Translations under genes and position numbers: made by a program
Shown: piece after piece, positions 42,589-52,352 of the stretch
Position numbering within the stretch: position 1 is the first letter of the stretch
Layout of the letters: every line of letters starts with the position of its first letter
Notes under the pieces: generated by a model
Seen by the model: only the letters and a program-made list of their open reading frames with translations
Databases searched by the model: none
Told to the model about the DNA's origin: nothing
Assembly (NCBI GenBank): GCA_051953275.1
Contig: JBQCIY010000056.1
Span: 1,197-65,196, forward strand
Source of the DNA: Devosia sp.
Lineage (GTDB): Bacteria > Pseudomonadota > Alphaproteobacteria > Rhizobiales > Devosiaceae
Direction of reading: 5' to 3'
DNA: 64,000 nucleotides

Positions 42589-43463
42589 TTGCCGAACCGC
42601 TCGTGCCAGGCGCTCAGCGCGGCGTCGAACCTGGCGATGTTTTCGCGGCCATAGGCGGCGTAGTCGACGCCGGGACGATCGAGGTGATGGACCGAGACGA
42701 ACGACCAGAGGGCCTCGCGCAGCAGCGAGGCAGCCTCCATCGCGGCGTGGCTGCGGAGGGTTGGCTCGTCGGGCTCGCGGCCGAACCAGGCGGTGAGCAG
42801 TTCGCGAGATTGGGCCGGGGTGAAGTTGTTGTTCGAGCTGAGGTTGGCGAGATCGAACATGGCCGTGCCGAGGCCGGCGTATTCGTAGTCGATCAGCCAG
42901 ATGCGGCGGCCATCGTCGATGAGGTTTCCGGCGAGGAGGTCGTGGTGGCCGACCGTGATCGGCAACGGGATCTGCGCGGCCTCGAGCTCGGTATTGATCG
43001 CGAGCCAGCGGTCGAGCTCGGCAGCGGGATGGCCGCTGTCGCGAAGCTGGCGGATGTAATCGCGGTTGACGTGGAAGACCCAGAAGATGAAGCCCGGGCC
43101 CGAGAGCTGGGCCGGCATGTCGCGGTGGAAGCGGAGGAGGAACTCGGTGATGCGCGGGATCGAGGCCTGCACGTCGGCGACCGTCAGGGTGCGGCCGTCG
43201 ATGAAGCGCGACACCATGAGGCCGGGCTCGGCGTGCATAACCTCGGGCGCAAAGCCGGCGGCGTGGGCGGCGCGTGCGGACATCACCTCGCGGTCCCGAA
43301 AGACATGGTGGAACGGGAAATCGCGGGTGATGCGGACGACGTATTTGCCGGTTCGATCGGTTGCGGAGAAACTCAGATTGGAGATGCCACCGGCCAGCGG
43401 GGCGAGCGCGACCGGGCCGGACCAGATCGGCAGCGCGGCGATACGGCCTTCGATGTCCGGCAT
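42585..43463 (-). CDS. Choline/ethanolamine kinase-like phosphotransferase
   Basis: LAGGISN, GHHDLLAGNLI, LIDYEYAG, FDLAN. Confidence 0.88.
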   Translation of the reverse strand: MPDIEGRIAALPIWSGPVALAPLAGGISNLSFSATDRTGKYVVRITRDFPFHHVFRDREVMSARAAHAAGFAPEVMHAEPGLMVSRFIDGRTLTVADVQASIPRITEFLLRFHRDMPAQLSGPGFIFWVFHVNRDYIRQLRDSGHPAAELDRWLAINTELEAAQIPLPITVGHHDLLAGNLIDDGRRIWLIDYEYAGLGTAMFDLANLSSNNNFTPAQSRELLTAWFGREPDEPTLRSHAAMEAASLLREALWSFVSVHHLDRPGVDYAAYGRENIARFDAALSAWHERFGK

Positions 43464-43637
43464 GGCGCTCAAGCGGTCCCCGTATCCGGGACCTCGCCCG
43501 GCAGCGGCCCTTGTTAGCCCATTGCCCGGCGCTGTCAAAGCCGCGGTTTCGCCGCGGTTCAGATTGGGGGTGCCATTTTGATGGCGGTATGCTGGGATAG
43601 ATGCTGCGGTCGCGACCGGACGTTTGGGGTTTCGGAC

Positions 43638-46310
43638 ATGCGTTGGCTGGTTCTCGCCGGATTTGCGGCCCTGCTCCTGGCAGGGGCGCCGGCGCTCGCG
43701 GGCGACAAGCCACTGCACGGGGTGGCGCTGGTGATCGGCGAGAGCCGGTACGAGCAACTGCCGCAGCTCACCAATCCGGCCAAAGACGCACGCGACATCG
43801 ATCGGCTGCTGGGCGACCTGGGCTTCGAGGTCGACCGTGTGCTCAATGCAAATGGCCAGGAGCTGCAAGAGGCAATTGCGCGCTTCGAGGACGAGGCCAA
43901 GGATGCCGACGTGGCGATGATCTACTATTCGGGTCACGGCATCGAGGCCAAGGGCGAGAACTTCATCGCGCCGACCGACACCGATCTCGCCTCGCCGCAG
44001 ACGGCCGGCGACAGCATGATCGCGGTGCAACCCATCGTCGACGCCCTGGCGAAGGTGGCGCCGGTGTCGATTGTCCTGCTCGATGCCTGCCGGTCCGATC
44101 CGTTCCCGCCGGGACAGACGATCGTGCTGCCGGGCGATACGGCGCCGACGCCGGTCGAGGGCCAGGGGCTCGCGGCGGTGCGCGGACCGATGCCGGTGAC
44201 GAAGGCCAATGCGGACCCGAGCAGCCTGGGCACGGTGATCGGCTTTTCGGCGAGCCCGGGGGAGCCGGCGCTCGACGGCGCGCCGGGCGAGAACTCGCCT
44301 TATGCGGCGGCGCTGCTCAAGCACTTCGCCGCCGGCGGTTATTCGTTCGGCGACGTGATGACGATGGTGACCGAGGAGGTCTATCTCAAGACCAGAGCCA
44401 AGCAGCTGCCGTGGGTGAATTCGTCGCTCAGGCGCGTGCTGACGTTCGAGGCGCCGGCGGAGGACGAGGGCGACAGCGACCAGCAGGCGATCAAGACGGA
44501 GCGGCGAAAGCTGCTGCTGTCGATCGCGGCGACACCGCCGGCGACGCAGAAATATGTCGAGTCGCTGGCGGGACAGGAGCAGGTTCCGCTCGACTCGCTC
44601 TATGGCATGCTGGATGCGCTCGGCATCAAGGCGAGCGACGACAATGGCGACCTGCAAAAGCAGATGGCGCAGGGGGCCGAGCGGCTCAAGGAGCTCTTGG
44701 CACAAAAGCCGGCAGCGGTGAAGGCCGACCCAGAGCTGGAACGGCTTTCCAAGCTGGCAGATGAAGCAGAAGCCGAGGGCGCGATTGCGCTGGCGCTCAA
44801 ATATCGCGACGAGGCCTCGAGCCGCGCCGACACCTTGCTCAAGGGCAAGCAGGCGGAGGCGGAGCAGCTTCGGCAGGACATGCTGGATATTGCCGATACC
44901 TATGCGGCCAATGCGGCGACGGCGCTGCTGAATTTCGAGCAGGTGCAGGCGGCGGGGCTGTTTGCCAAGGCCTTCGATGCGGCGAAGGAGTGGGACAGGG
45001 CGAAGGCGGTCGTGTTCAAGATCAGCCAGGGCGACGCGCTGACCGACCACGGCTACTACACCTCGGACAACGACGCGCTGACCGAGGCGCTGGCGGTGTA
45101 CCAGGAGGCCCTCGGATTGGCCCCCAAGGACAGCGACCCCAAGGATTGGGGCAAGCTCGAAAACCGCATCGGGCAGGCGCAGGCGTTGCTGGGCGCGCTG
45201 CGGGCGGACACGGCGTTGCTCGAGGCCGCGGTGACGTCGTTCCAGCAGGCGCTGACGGTGCAGACGCGGGCGGACCTGCCTACGGACTGGGCGAGCGCGC
45301 AGAACAATCTGGGCAACGCGCTTTATGCACTCGGGCAGCGCAAGAGCGACCAGGCGATGCTGCAGCAGGCGATCGATGCGTTCGATGCCGCCACCACCGT
45401 CGACACGCGCGAAGCGGACCCGGGCCAATGGGCAATCATCGTCAGCAACAGGGCGTCGGCGCAGATGGCATTGGCCGATGCGATCTATGCCGCGACTGAA
45501 GATGTGCAGGTCCGGGCGCTGACAGCCGGGGAGGATGCCGAGCATCTGCCGGAGGTGACGGCGGCGGCGAACAAGGCGGTGGCGATCCTGAGCGAGGCGA
45601 TCGGGACGCTGCAATCGGCAATGACGGTGAAGTCGCGGGACAGCGATCCGCTCGACTGGGCGCAGGTGCAGCATACGCTGGCGACGGCGCTGGGTGATCG
45701 CGGCAAGCTCAGCGCTTCGGCAGATGACCAGAAGGCGGCCGCGGACGCCTACCGCGCGCTGCTCACGGTCTACGACAAGACGCACACGCCGACGCTGTGG
45801 ACGCGGACGGCGGGCAACCTCGCGGCGACGCTCAGGCAATATGCAGCCAACAGCAAGGATTTCAGCTCGCTGGGAGAGGCGGTCGACCTGCTGCAGCAGT
45901 GCCTGGCGCTAACGCCACGGGCGACGTCGCCGGCCGAGTGGGCCAATCTCGAGATGCGCCTGGGCAACGTATATTCGGACCTGGCGACGAACGACAATTC
46001 GCTCGAGAACGGCGACAGGGCGGTCGAGGCGTACCGGGCTTCGCTCCAGGTCAACACGATCGAGCAGGATTTCGGCGAGTGGACGCACCTGCAGTTTTAT
46101 ACGTTCAACGTACTGCTCAGAATCGGGGTGGCGCATGAGGACGTGCCGCGGCTGACCGACGCGCGCGACACGGCGCAGGCGGCGGTCGAGGTGTTCCAGC
46201 AGCGCGGCGATGCGACCGACGCCGAGTCGTTCGAAAAGGCCCTGCCGCTGCTCGACCAGGCGATCGCGCTCTTCGCGCAGGAGAGCAACCCGCCTTCGGC
46301 GACGCAATAG
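43638..46310 (+). CDS. Secreted caspase-family (C14) protein with C-terminal TPR-like repeats
   Basis: Signal peptide, ALVIGESRY, LTNPAKDA, YYSGHG and LLDACR dyad, repeats like DWASAQNNLGNAL. Confidence 0.88.
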   Translation: MRWLVLAGFAALLLAGAPALAGDKPLHGVALVIGESRYEQLPQLTNPAKDARDIDRLLGDLGFEVDRVLNANGQELQEAIARFEDEAKDADVAMIYYSGHGIEAKGENFIAPTDTDLASPQTAGDSMIAVQPIVDALAKVAPVSIVLLDACRSDPFPPGQTIVLPGDTAPTPVEGQGLAAVRGPMPVTKANADPSSLGTVIGFSASPGEPALDGAPGENSPYAAALLKHFAAGGYSFGDVMTMVTEEVYLKTRAKQLPWVNSSLRRVLTFEAPAEDEGDSDQQAIKTERRKLLLSIAATPPATQKYVESLAGQEQVPLDSLYGMLDALGIKASDDNGDLQKQMAQGAERLKELLAQKPAAVKADPELERLSKLADEAEAEGAIALALKYRDEASSRADTLLKGKQAEAEQLRQDMLDIADTYAANAATALLNFEQVQAAGLFAKAFDAAKEWDRAKAVVFKISQGDALTDHGYYTSDNDALTEALAVYQEALGLAPKDSDPKDWGKLENRIGQAQALLGALRADTALLEAAVTSFQQALTVQTRADLPTDWASAQNNLGNALYALGQRKSDQAMLQQAIDAFDAATTVDTREADPGQWAIIVSNRASAQMALADAIYAATEDVQVRALTAGEDAEHLPEVTAAANKAVAILSEAIGTLQSAMTVKSRDSDPLDWAQVQHTLATALGDRGKLSASADDQKAAADAYRALLTVYDKTHTPTLWTRTAGNLAATLRQYAANSKDFSSLGEAVDLLQQCLALTPRATSPAEWANLEMRLGNVYSDLATNDNSLENGDRAVEAYRASLQVNTIEQDFGEWTHLQFYTFNVLLRIGVAHEDVPRLTDARDTAQAAVEVFQQRGDATDAESFEKALPLLDQAIALFAQESNPPSATQ

Positions 46311-46313
46311 ACG

Positions 46314-46931
46314 CTAGAGCGAGGCCAGCCAGTCGGCGTATTCGGCCGAATGATCGCCGGCGTGATTGGCCATAGCCGGCTTGGTGAGCAGGCCGCGGCG
46401 CGGCGGGATGTGGCTCAGGATGCGGCGCCGTTGGCGGTCGCCGTGGCTATAGTTGAAGGCGGCAAATTTCGGGAAGAATTCGAGCTCGTCATAGGGCAGA
46501 TGGTCGTGGATCCACCAGGCCAGCGGCTCCCAGCTGCCGGTGCGCTCGTACCAGGGAATGAGTGCATGGACGACGATGCTGGCCGTGGCGCCCATCTCGC
46601 CACCGGGGGTGCGGCGGTCCCAGATGTGGCCGCCGAAATTGCTCTCATTGCTGCCGCAGTTGAGCCCGTGATCGTTGCCGAAGCGGTTGACTTCGGGCGA
46701 GCGGTAGGCGGAGCGGATGGAGATGCGGCCGAAGCGCGCCCGCAGCGGCTCGAGCGCTTCCGCGCAAAGCTTGCGGCCAGCCGCGATGGCGAGATCGGGG
46801 TCGTCGGGGATGTTGCTGAGGCCGTAGAAGCTCGCGATCTCGGAATAAAGGAAATCGCGCATGAAGAAATTGGGACTGAGCCGGACGCGGCCCAGGTCTT
46901 CGAGGGCGCGCATCGATTGCGGTTTCTTCAT
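46314..46931 (-). CDS. Hypothetical protein, peptidase M15-like
   Basis: RLSPNFFMRDFLYS, LEPLRARFG.ISIRSAYRS.EVN, HIWD. Confidence 0.65.
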   Translation of the reverse strand: MKKPQSMRALEDLGRVRLSPNFFMRDFLYSEIASFYGLSNIPDDPDLAIAAGRKLCAEALEPLRARFGRISIRSAYRSPEVNRFGNDHGLNCGSNESNFGGHIWDRRTPGGEMGATASIVVHALIPWYERTGSWEPLAWWIHDHLPYDELEFFPKFAAFNYSHGDRQRRRILSHIPPRRGLLTKPAMANHAGDHSAEYADWLASL

Positions 46932-46998
46932 GGTCCTGTTCTCGCGGCGTAAGGTGCACGATAGAGTGCCGCGCGCGAGCGGCGGAGGAAACCCGGAA

Positions 46999-47373
46999 AT
47001 GGCCAAAGCGAAGCCACAGCGAATGCAGCTCAGCCGGCATCGGGGCTTCAACCTGCAGACGGAGTCCGAGCGGCTCAACGGCCTGCCGGCCAAGCGGGTG
47101 ACGCGGCCGGGACCCTGGGGCAACCCGTTCACGATTGCCGACATGCAGAGACGGTACGGCCTCGATGCCGACGCGGCGCAGGTGAAGGCGGTGGAACTTT
47201 GCGGCCAGTGGCTGCGCGGGACGCTCGACACCAGACTGTCGCCCGGCGAGCCGCCCAGTCATGAGGCAATTCGGCGCGAGCTCAGGGGATACAATCTCGC
47301 CTGCTGGTGCCGGCCGGGGACGCCGTGCCATAGCGAAGTGCTGATCGACATTGCCAACGGGACATCCAAGTGA
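46999..47373 (+). CDS. DUF4326-like protein
   Basis: RPGPWGNPF and [11 protein letters not shown]...PCHSEVL motifs. Confidence 0.8.
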   Translation: MAKAKPQRMQLSRHRGFNLQTESERLNGLPAKRVTRPGPWGNPFTIADMQRRYGLDADAAQVKAVELCGQWLRGTLDTRLSPGEPPSHEAIRRELRGYNLACWCRPGTPCHSEVLIDIANGTSK

Positions 47374-48491
47374 GCCGCATTACCTATCTGACGACGATCG
47401 ATTTCGGGCCGGGCGAGATCAAGACGCTGAAGAGTGCGCCGCATGAACTCGGGATGAGCCGGCCGCTGGTGGTGGCCGACATGGGGGTGAAGGCGGCGGG
47501 ACTGCTCGACCGCGTGATGGCGCATCTGCCGGCGGGGACACCGGCCTTTCTCGGCACGCCGCCGAACCCGACCGAGGCGGCGGTCAATTCGGCGCTGGCC
47601 CGCTATCGCAGCGAAGGCTGCGACGGCGTGGTGGCGCTGGGCGGCGGCTCGCCGATCGATCTCGCCAAGGGCGTGGCGCTGCTCGCAACGCATGCCGGGC
47701 CGCTGGAGCAATACGCGGTGATCCATGGCGGCCTCGACCGCATCACCAGCGCGGTGGCGCCAGTCATCGCGATCCCGACGACGGCGGGCACCGGCGCCGA
47801 GGTGGGACGCGCGGCGCTGCTGACGCTCGACGATGGACGCAAGCTGGGGATGATTTCGTCCTACCTGATTCCGAAACGCGCCATCTGCGACCCGGAGCTG
47901 ACGCTGGGCCTGCCGCCGATGCTGACGGCGGCGACGGGGCTCGATGCGCTCAGCCACTGCATCGAGACGCTATGCTCGCCGCGGGTCAACCCGCCCGCCG
48001 AGGCCATCGCGCTCGACGGCGCCGGCCGCATCTGGCGCAATATCGAGCCGGCGGTGCGCAACGGGCAGGAACTCGGTCCGCGCAGCGAGATGCTGATGGG
48101 GGCGCTGATGGGCGGGCTGAGCTTCCAGAAGGGGCTGGGCGCGGTGCACTCGCTGAGCCATGCATTGGGCGGGCTCAAGGACGTGTCGCTGCATCACGGA
48201 ACGTTGAATGCCGTTCTGATGCCGATCGTCATCCGCTTCAACCGGCCGGTGATCGGCGAAAAGCTTGAGCGGCTGAAGGCGGCGACGGGGATCACGGGAG
48301 AAGTGGACATGGCGCTGGACGCGCTCAACCGCCGACTCAACCTGCCGCCGGGCCTCAAATCCATGGGGGTACGGGCGGAGCATCTCGACTGGGTCGTGGC
48401 CCGGGCGCTGCTCGACCACAGCCACGCGACGAACCCGCGGCCGGCCAGCGCCGCGGACTATCGCGCGCTGCTCGAGGAAGCGATGGTGTGA
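47370..48491 (+). CDS. Iron-containing alcohol dehydrogenase
   Basis: [43 protein letters not shown]. Confidence 0.93.
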   Translation: MSRITYLTTIDFGPGEIKTLKSAPHELGMSRPLVVADMGVKAAGLLDRVMAHLPAGTPAFLGTPPNPTEAAVNSALARYRSEGCDGVVALGGGSPIDLAKGVALLATHAGPLEQYAVIHGGLDRITSAVAPVIAIPTTAGTGAEVGRAALLTLDDGRKLGMISSYLIPKRAICDPELTLGLPPMLTAATGLDALSHCIETLCSPRVNPPAEAIALDGAGRIWRNIEPAVRNGQELGPRSEMLMGALMGGLSFQKGLGAVHSLSHALGGLKDVSLHHGTLNAVLMPIVIRFNRPVIGEKLERLKAATGITGEVDMALDALNRRLNLPPGLKSMGVRAEHLDWVVARALLDHSHATNPRPASAADYRALLEEAMV

Positions 48492-48671
48492 GGGCGCCGA
48501 AACGCCGCCCTTTACGTGACGTGAATTTTGCTGTTAGCGTTGTCCTTGGTGGATGCGCCGCATGACGGAGTAGTCGGGTCGCCGACCGCGTTCCATCGCC
48601 GAGCGAGGGGGAAACCCAGCCGTGTCGGCGGATGAAATTGCTATTGCCGAAATTCCGGCGCGGAGGGGACG

Positions 48672-49730
48672 ATGGGTGCGGTCAGCATCAACAATGTGCG
48701 CAAAAGCTACGGCAGCATGGAAGTGCTGCACGGCGTTTCGGTGGATATCGCCGATGGCGAGTTCGTGATCCTGGTCGGCCCTTCGGGCTGCGGAAAATCG
48801 ACGCTGCTGCGCATGATCGCCGGGCTGGAGGAAATCACCGCGGGCGACATCTCGATCGCCGGCCGGGTGGTGAATAACCTGCCGCCCAAGGATCGGGACA
48901 TTGCGATGGTGTTCCAGTCCTATGCGCTCTACCCGCATATGACGGTGGAGCAGAACATGGGGTTCTCGCTCAAGCTGCAGCGGGTCAACAAGGAAGAGAG
49001 CCGCAAGCGCGTGGCCGATGCTGCCGCCATTCTCGGGCTCGAGCCGTACCTGAAGCGCTATCCGCGGCACCTGTCGGGTGGCCAGCGTCAGCGCGTCGCG
49101 ATGGGCCGCGCCATCGTGCGCAATCCGGAAGTGTTCCTGTTCGACGAGCCGCTCAGCAACCTCGACGCCAAGCTGCGCGTGCAGATGCGTTCGGAGATCA
49201 AGCAGAACCACATGCGGCTCGGCACGACGACCGTGTACGTGACGCACGACCAGATCGAAGCCATGACGATGGCCGACCGGATCGTGGTGATGCATGACGG
49301 GGTGATCGAGCAGATCGGCAGCCCGCTCGAGCTCTACGACCGCCCGGCAAACCTGTTCGTCGCGGGCTTCATCGGTTCGCCAGCCATGAACATGATCGCG
49401 GGGAAGATGGACGGCAGCGTGTTCATCGCGAGCGACGGGACTCGGGTGGATGTGACCAACGCTCCGTCGAACTCGAATGGCCGACCGGTGACGCTGGGCG
49501 TGCGGCCCGAGCATTTCCACCTCGACGGCACCGGCCTGCCGGCGGAGATCCTGACGGTCGAACCCACCGGGTCGGAGACGCAGGTGGTGGCCAAGTTCGC
49601 CGGCCAGGAGATCATGGGGGCGTTCCGCGAGCGCATCACGGCGCAGCCGGGCGAGACGCTGCGCGTGCGGCCGGAGCCGGGTGCGGTGCATCTGTTCGAC
49701 AGCGAAAGCGGCAAGCGCATCGCCGCGTAG
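48672..49730 (+). CDS. Carbohydrate ABC transporter ATP-binding protein (UgpC/MalK-like), stand-alone
   Basis: GPSGCGKS, VFQSYALYPHM, LSGGQRQR, FVAGFIGSPAMN, GVRPEH. Confidence 0.95.
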   Translation: MGAVSINNVRKSYGSMEVLHGVSVDIADGEFVILVGPSGCGKSTLLRMIAGLEEITAGDISIAGRVVNNLPPKDRDIAMVFQSYALYPHMTVEQNMGFSLKLQRVNKEESRKRVADAAAILGLEPYLKRYPRHLSGGQRQRVAMGRAIVRNPEVFLFDEPLSNLDAKLRVQMRSEIKQNHMRLGTTTVYVTHDQIEAMTMADRIVVMHDGVIEQIGSPLELYDRPANLFVAGFIGSPAMNMIAGKMDGSVFIASDGTRVDVTNAPSNSNGRPVTLGVRPEHFHLDGTGLPAEILTVEPTGSETQVVAKFAGQEIMGAFRERITAQPGETLRVRPEPGAVHLFDSESGKRIAA

Positions 49731-49750
49731 GGCGCGATCGCGCCCTCAGG

Positions 49751-50461
49751 TCAGTCGGCGAACAGGTCCGGGTGGGCCTGGGCGAGACGGGGGAGCGAGG
49801 TGAGGATCTCGCTCAGATGAGCACGCATGGCGGCCTCGGCTTCGTCGGCCGAATGGCGGGCGACAGCATCGGCGATGGCCGCGTGCTGGCCGACCAGAAC
49901 ATCGAACGGGGTCGCGTCGGGCATCGACAGATAGCGGACGCGATCCATCTGCGCCTTGAGGTTTTCCAGCACGTTCCAGGCATAGTCGTTGCCCGAGGCG
50001 TGGGCGAGCGCCTGGTGGAACGCTTCGTCGAGGCGCAGGAACTCGTCGTTGTCGGCAGCGGCGCCGGCGGCGCGCTGGGCATCGAGGTTGCGGCGCAATT
50101 CGTCGAGGCGCGCCGGGGTCATTTCGAGCGCGGCCTTGCGGACGATGGCGACCTCGATCGCCTCGCGCACGAAACGGACGTTCTGCACCTGCCGGATCGA
50201 GATCAGCCGCACGAAGGTGCCGCGCTGCGGGCGCACGTCGACGAGCCCGATCTCGGCGAGCTTGATGAAGGCCTCGCGCACGGGCTGGCGCGAGACGCCG
50301 AGCTGGCGGGCGACCTCGGCCTCCGACAGCAGGTTGCCTGGGCGGAACTTCAACTGCACGATAGCCTGGCGGACGGCGTCGAAGACGCGCGTGCCCATGC
50401 GACCGAGCCGGACGGTAGCGGCATCTTCCTCCAGGGCTTCGAGCTCGTTGCCGGCGACCAT
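49751..50461 (-). CDS. GntR family (FCD) transcriptional regulator
   Basis: LSEAEVARQLGVSRQPVREA, PQRGTFV, DEAFH. Confidence 0.93.
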   Translation of the reverse strand: MVAGNELEALEEDAATVRLGRMGTRVFDAVRQAIVQLKFRPGNLLSEAEVARQLGVSRQPVREAFIKLAEIGLVDVRPQRGTFVRLISIRQVQNVRFVREAIEVAIVRKAALEMTPARLDELRRNLDAQRAAGAAADNDEFLRLDEAFHQALAHASGNDYAWNVLENLKAQMDRVRYLSMPDATPFDVLVGQHAAIADAVARHSADEAEAAMRAHLSEILTSLPRLAQAHPDLFAD

Positions 50462-50463
50462 GC

Positions 50464-51603
50464 TCAGTCCTCGAGCAAATAGCCGCGGCGCTGCGGCAGC
50501 GGGGTGGTGCCGACGATCTTGGCGATGTTCTCGCCACGCGGGACGTATTTGCGCAGCGAGCGCGAAAGCACGAAGCCATCGGTGCCGGCGAGGAGCGGCG
50601 TGCGGGCGATGAAGGCTTCAGGCCCATCGAGGGCGATGAGATCGGCCACCGGCTGGCCGCGGCTGACGCGCTGGCCGAGCTCGACGCGATAGGCGAGGAG
50701 GCCGGGGCGGTCGGCGCGGACGACGTCGGTGGCGTCGAACGGGGTGCCGGGTGCGCCGCCGGTGGGGCGCGGACCGGGGTCGGCGGCAATGAGGCCGCGG
50801 CCGGCGAGGAAACCGAAGAGGCGCAGCCCGTCCTGCTCGCCGAAGTGATCGAAGCTATCGGCCTGTCCACGATATTCGAGCGTCGCCGAGGCGGTCGCCA
50901 TCGGCACCGGCTTGCCCGGATTGGTCTGCGCCACCTTGCGGTAGAGGATCGGCAGCACTTCGTCGAACGAGCCGCCGCCGGAATCGGCTGCGGTCAGGAC
51001 CGCGGCCGCACCCATCCAGTCGCTCAGATCCTGCAGCTCGGGCATCAGTTCGGGCGAGGTGAAAATGTGGATCAGCGAGTCGGTGTCGCAGTGGAGGTCG
51101 AGCACGAATTCTGCATCGTGAGCTTCCCTGAGCAGGAACAGGCGAAGCTGCTCGGCGGCGGTGCGCGGCTGCTGCGCGTCAATCCACTGCGCCACGACCT
51201 TGCGGATCAGCGTGACGTTGAAGCGCTCGTCATCGCCGAGGCGGCCGCTCAGCTGGGTGCGGACCAGCGAGAAGAGATCGGGCCATTGGCGGTTGTAGTT
51301 GACGCCGGTGTTGAGGTCGGCGCGGCCCAGATGCCGGCGACTGACGAGGTTGGCCATGCCGAGCGGGTTGGCCATGGGGATGACGGTGAACCGGGCGCGC
51401 AACAGCTCCTGCTCGTCGGCCTGGCGCAGCATCGGCAACAGATGGTGGAGGGCCATGGTGCCGGGCTGCTCGTCGGCGTGCAGCGCCGCCTGCAGGTAGA
51501 CCTTCTCGGGTGCGTCGGACGGACCAATCCGGTAGAACGGCAGTTCAATCGTGGTCCCCGGAGTGTCACCGCTGAGCCGGAGGGTTTCGAGCCGGAAGGT
51601 CAT
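50464..51603 (-). CDS. Succinylglutamate desuccinylase/aspartoacylase (M14) family protein
   Basis: QAALHADEQPG, ANPLG, NYNR, VLDLHCD, TLEYRG. Confidence 0.88.
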   Translation of the reverse strand: MTFRLETLRLSGDTPGTTIELPFYRIGPSDAPEKVYLQAALHADEQPGTMALHHLLPMLRQADEQELLRARFTVIPMANPLGMANLVSRRHLGRADLNTGVNYNRQWPDLFSLVRTQLSGRLGDDERFNVTLIRKVVAQWIDAQQPRTAAEQLRLFLLREAHDAEFVLDLHCDTDSLIHIFTSPELMPELQDLSDWMGAAAVLTAADSGGGSFDEVLPILYRKVAQTNPGKPVPMATASATLEYRGQADSFDHFGEQDGLRLFGFLAGRGLIAADPGPRPTGGAPGTPFDATDVVRADRPGLLAYRVELGQRVSRGQPVADLIALDGPEAFIARTPLLAGTDGFVLSRSLRKYVPRGENIAKIVGTTPLPQRRGYLLED

Positions 51604-52352
51604 GACAGCTCCTGCACCCGCCGCCAGCTGAATTTCACGCGCGCCTGCTGCGGCATGTGGCGCATCAGGCGGCGGTAGATCAGGCTGAAGATGTAGAAGA
51701 TCACCAGCGAGATGACGAGGAAGTACGCAGCGGCCATGCCGAAGTGCAGGTAGACATTGTAGTCCTTCTGGAACAGCTCTTCGGCCATGTTCATGAGGTC
51801 GCGCTGGTCGCCGATCACGGGCAGGGTGAAATAGACCAGCGCCGTGGCCTGGAACAGGAAGACGACCTCGTTGGTATAGGCCGGCCAGGCGAGGCGGATC
51901 AGGTTGGGCCAGGTGATGCTCCAGAAGCGCTGGCGGCGGGTCATGCCGTAGGCACGGGCCGCCTCGATCTCGCCCTTGGGCACCGTGATGAGGGCGCCGT
52001 AGAAGATTTCCGCCGTGTAGGCGGTGGTGTTGAGGCCGAGGATCGCCGGGCCGAGGAACAGCGGGTGCAGGATGAAGGCGTCGAGGCCGAGCGGCTTCCA
52101 GAGCGACTGGTTGAAGGCCAGGACGAGCGAATAGAAGGCAAAGAGCTGGATGAAGAAGGGCGAGCCGCGGAAGAAATAGATGTAGGCGCGGCTCAGGCGG
52201 TTCAGCACCATGTTGGTGGAGTTCTTGCCGAGCGCAATGAAGATGGCGAGGGCGAAGCCGACGGGAATCGCGGCGCCGGCGAAATAAAGATTGAACAGCG
52301 CCGGCCGCGCCATCACGGCAATGTTGCCGAGGATGAGGGAGAGGAACGTCAT
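51600..52352 (-). CDS. Polar amino acid ABC transporter permease
   Basis: FRGSPFFIQL, AYTAEI, GEIEAARAYG. Start re-chosen. Confidence 0.9.
   Translation of the reverse strand: MTFLSLILGNIAVMARPALFNLYFAGAAIPVGFALAIFIALGKNSTNMVLNRLSRAYIYFFRGSPFFIQLFAFYSLVLAFNQSLWKPLGLDAFILHPLFLGPAILGLNTTAYTAEIFYGALITVPKGEIEAARAYGMTRRQRFWSITWPNLIRLAWPAYTNEVVFLFQATALVYFTLPVIGDQRDLMNMAEELFQKDYNVYLHFGMAAAYFLVISLVIFYIFSLIYRRLMRHMPQQARVKFSWRRVQELS

Noticed and set aside
40165-43713. 1182-aa ORF suggesting a large fusion protein
   Set aside because: The first ~375 codons are Arg/Pro-rich off-frame readthrough over the kinase gene. The real protein starts at GTG 42588.
42585-45839. 1084-aa minus-strand ORF
   Set aside because: Only the last 292 aa are the kinase. 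The rest is the antisense shadow of the caspase-TPR gene.
46314-47373. Prophage remnant suggested by M15-like and DUF4326 genes
   Set aside because: No integrase, structural genes, att-like repeats or evident compositional shift.
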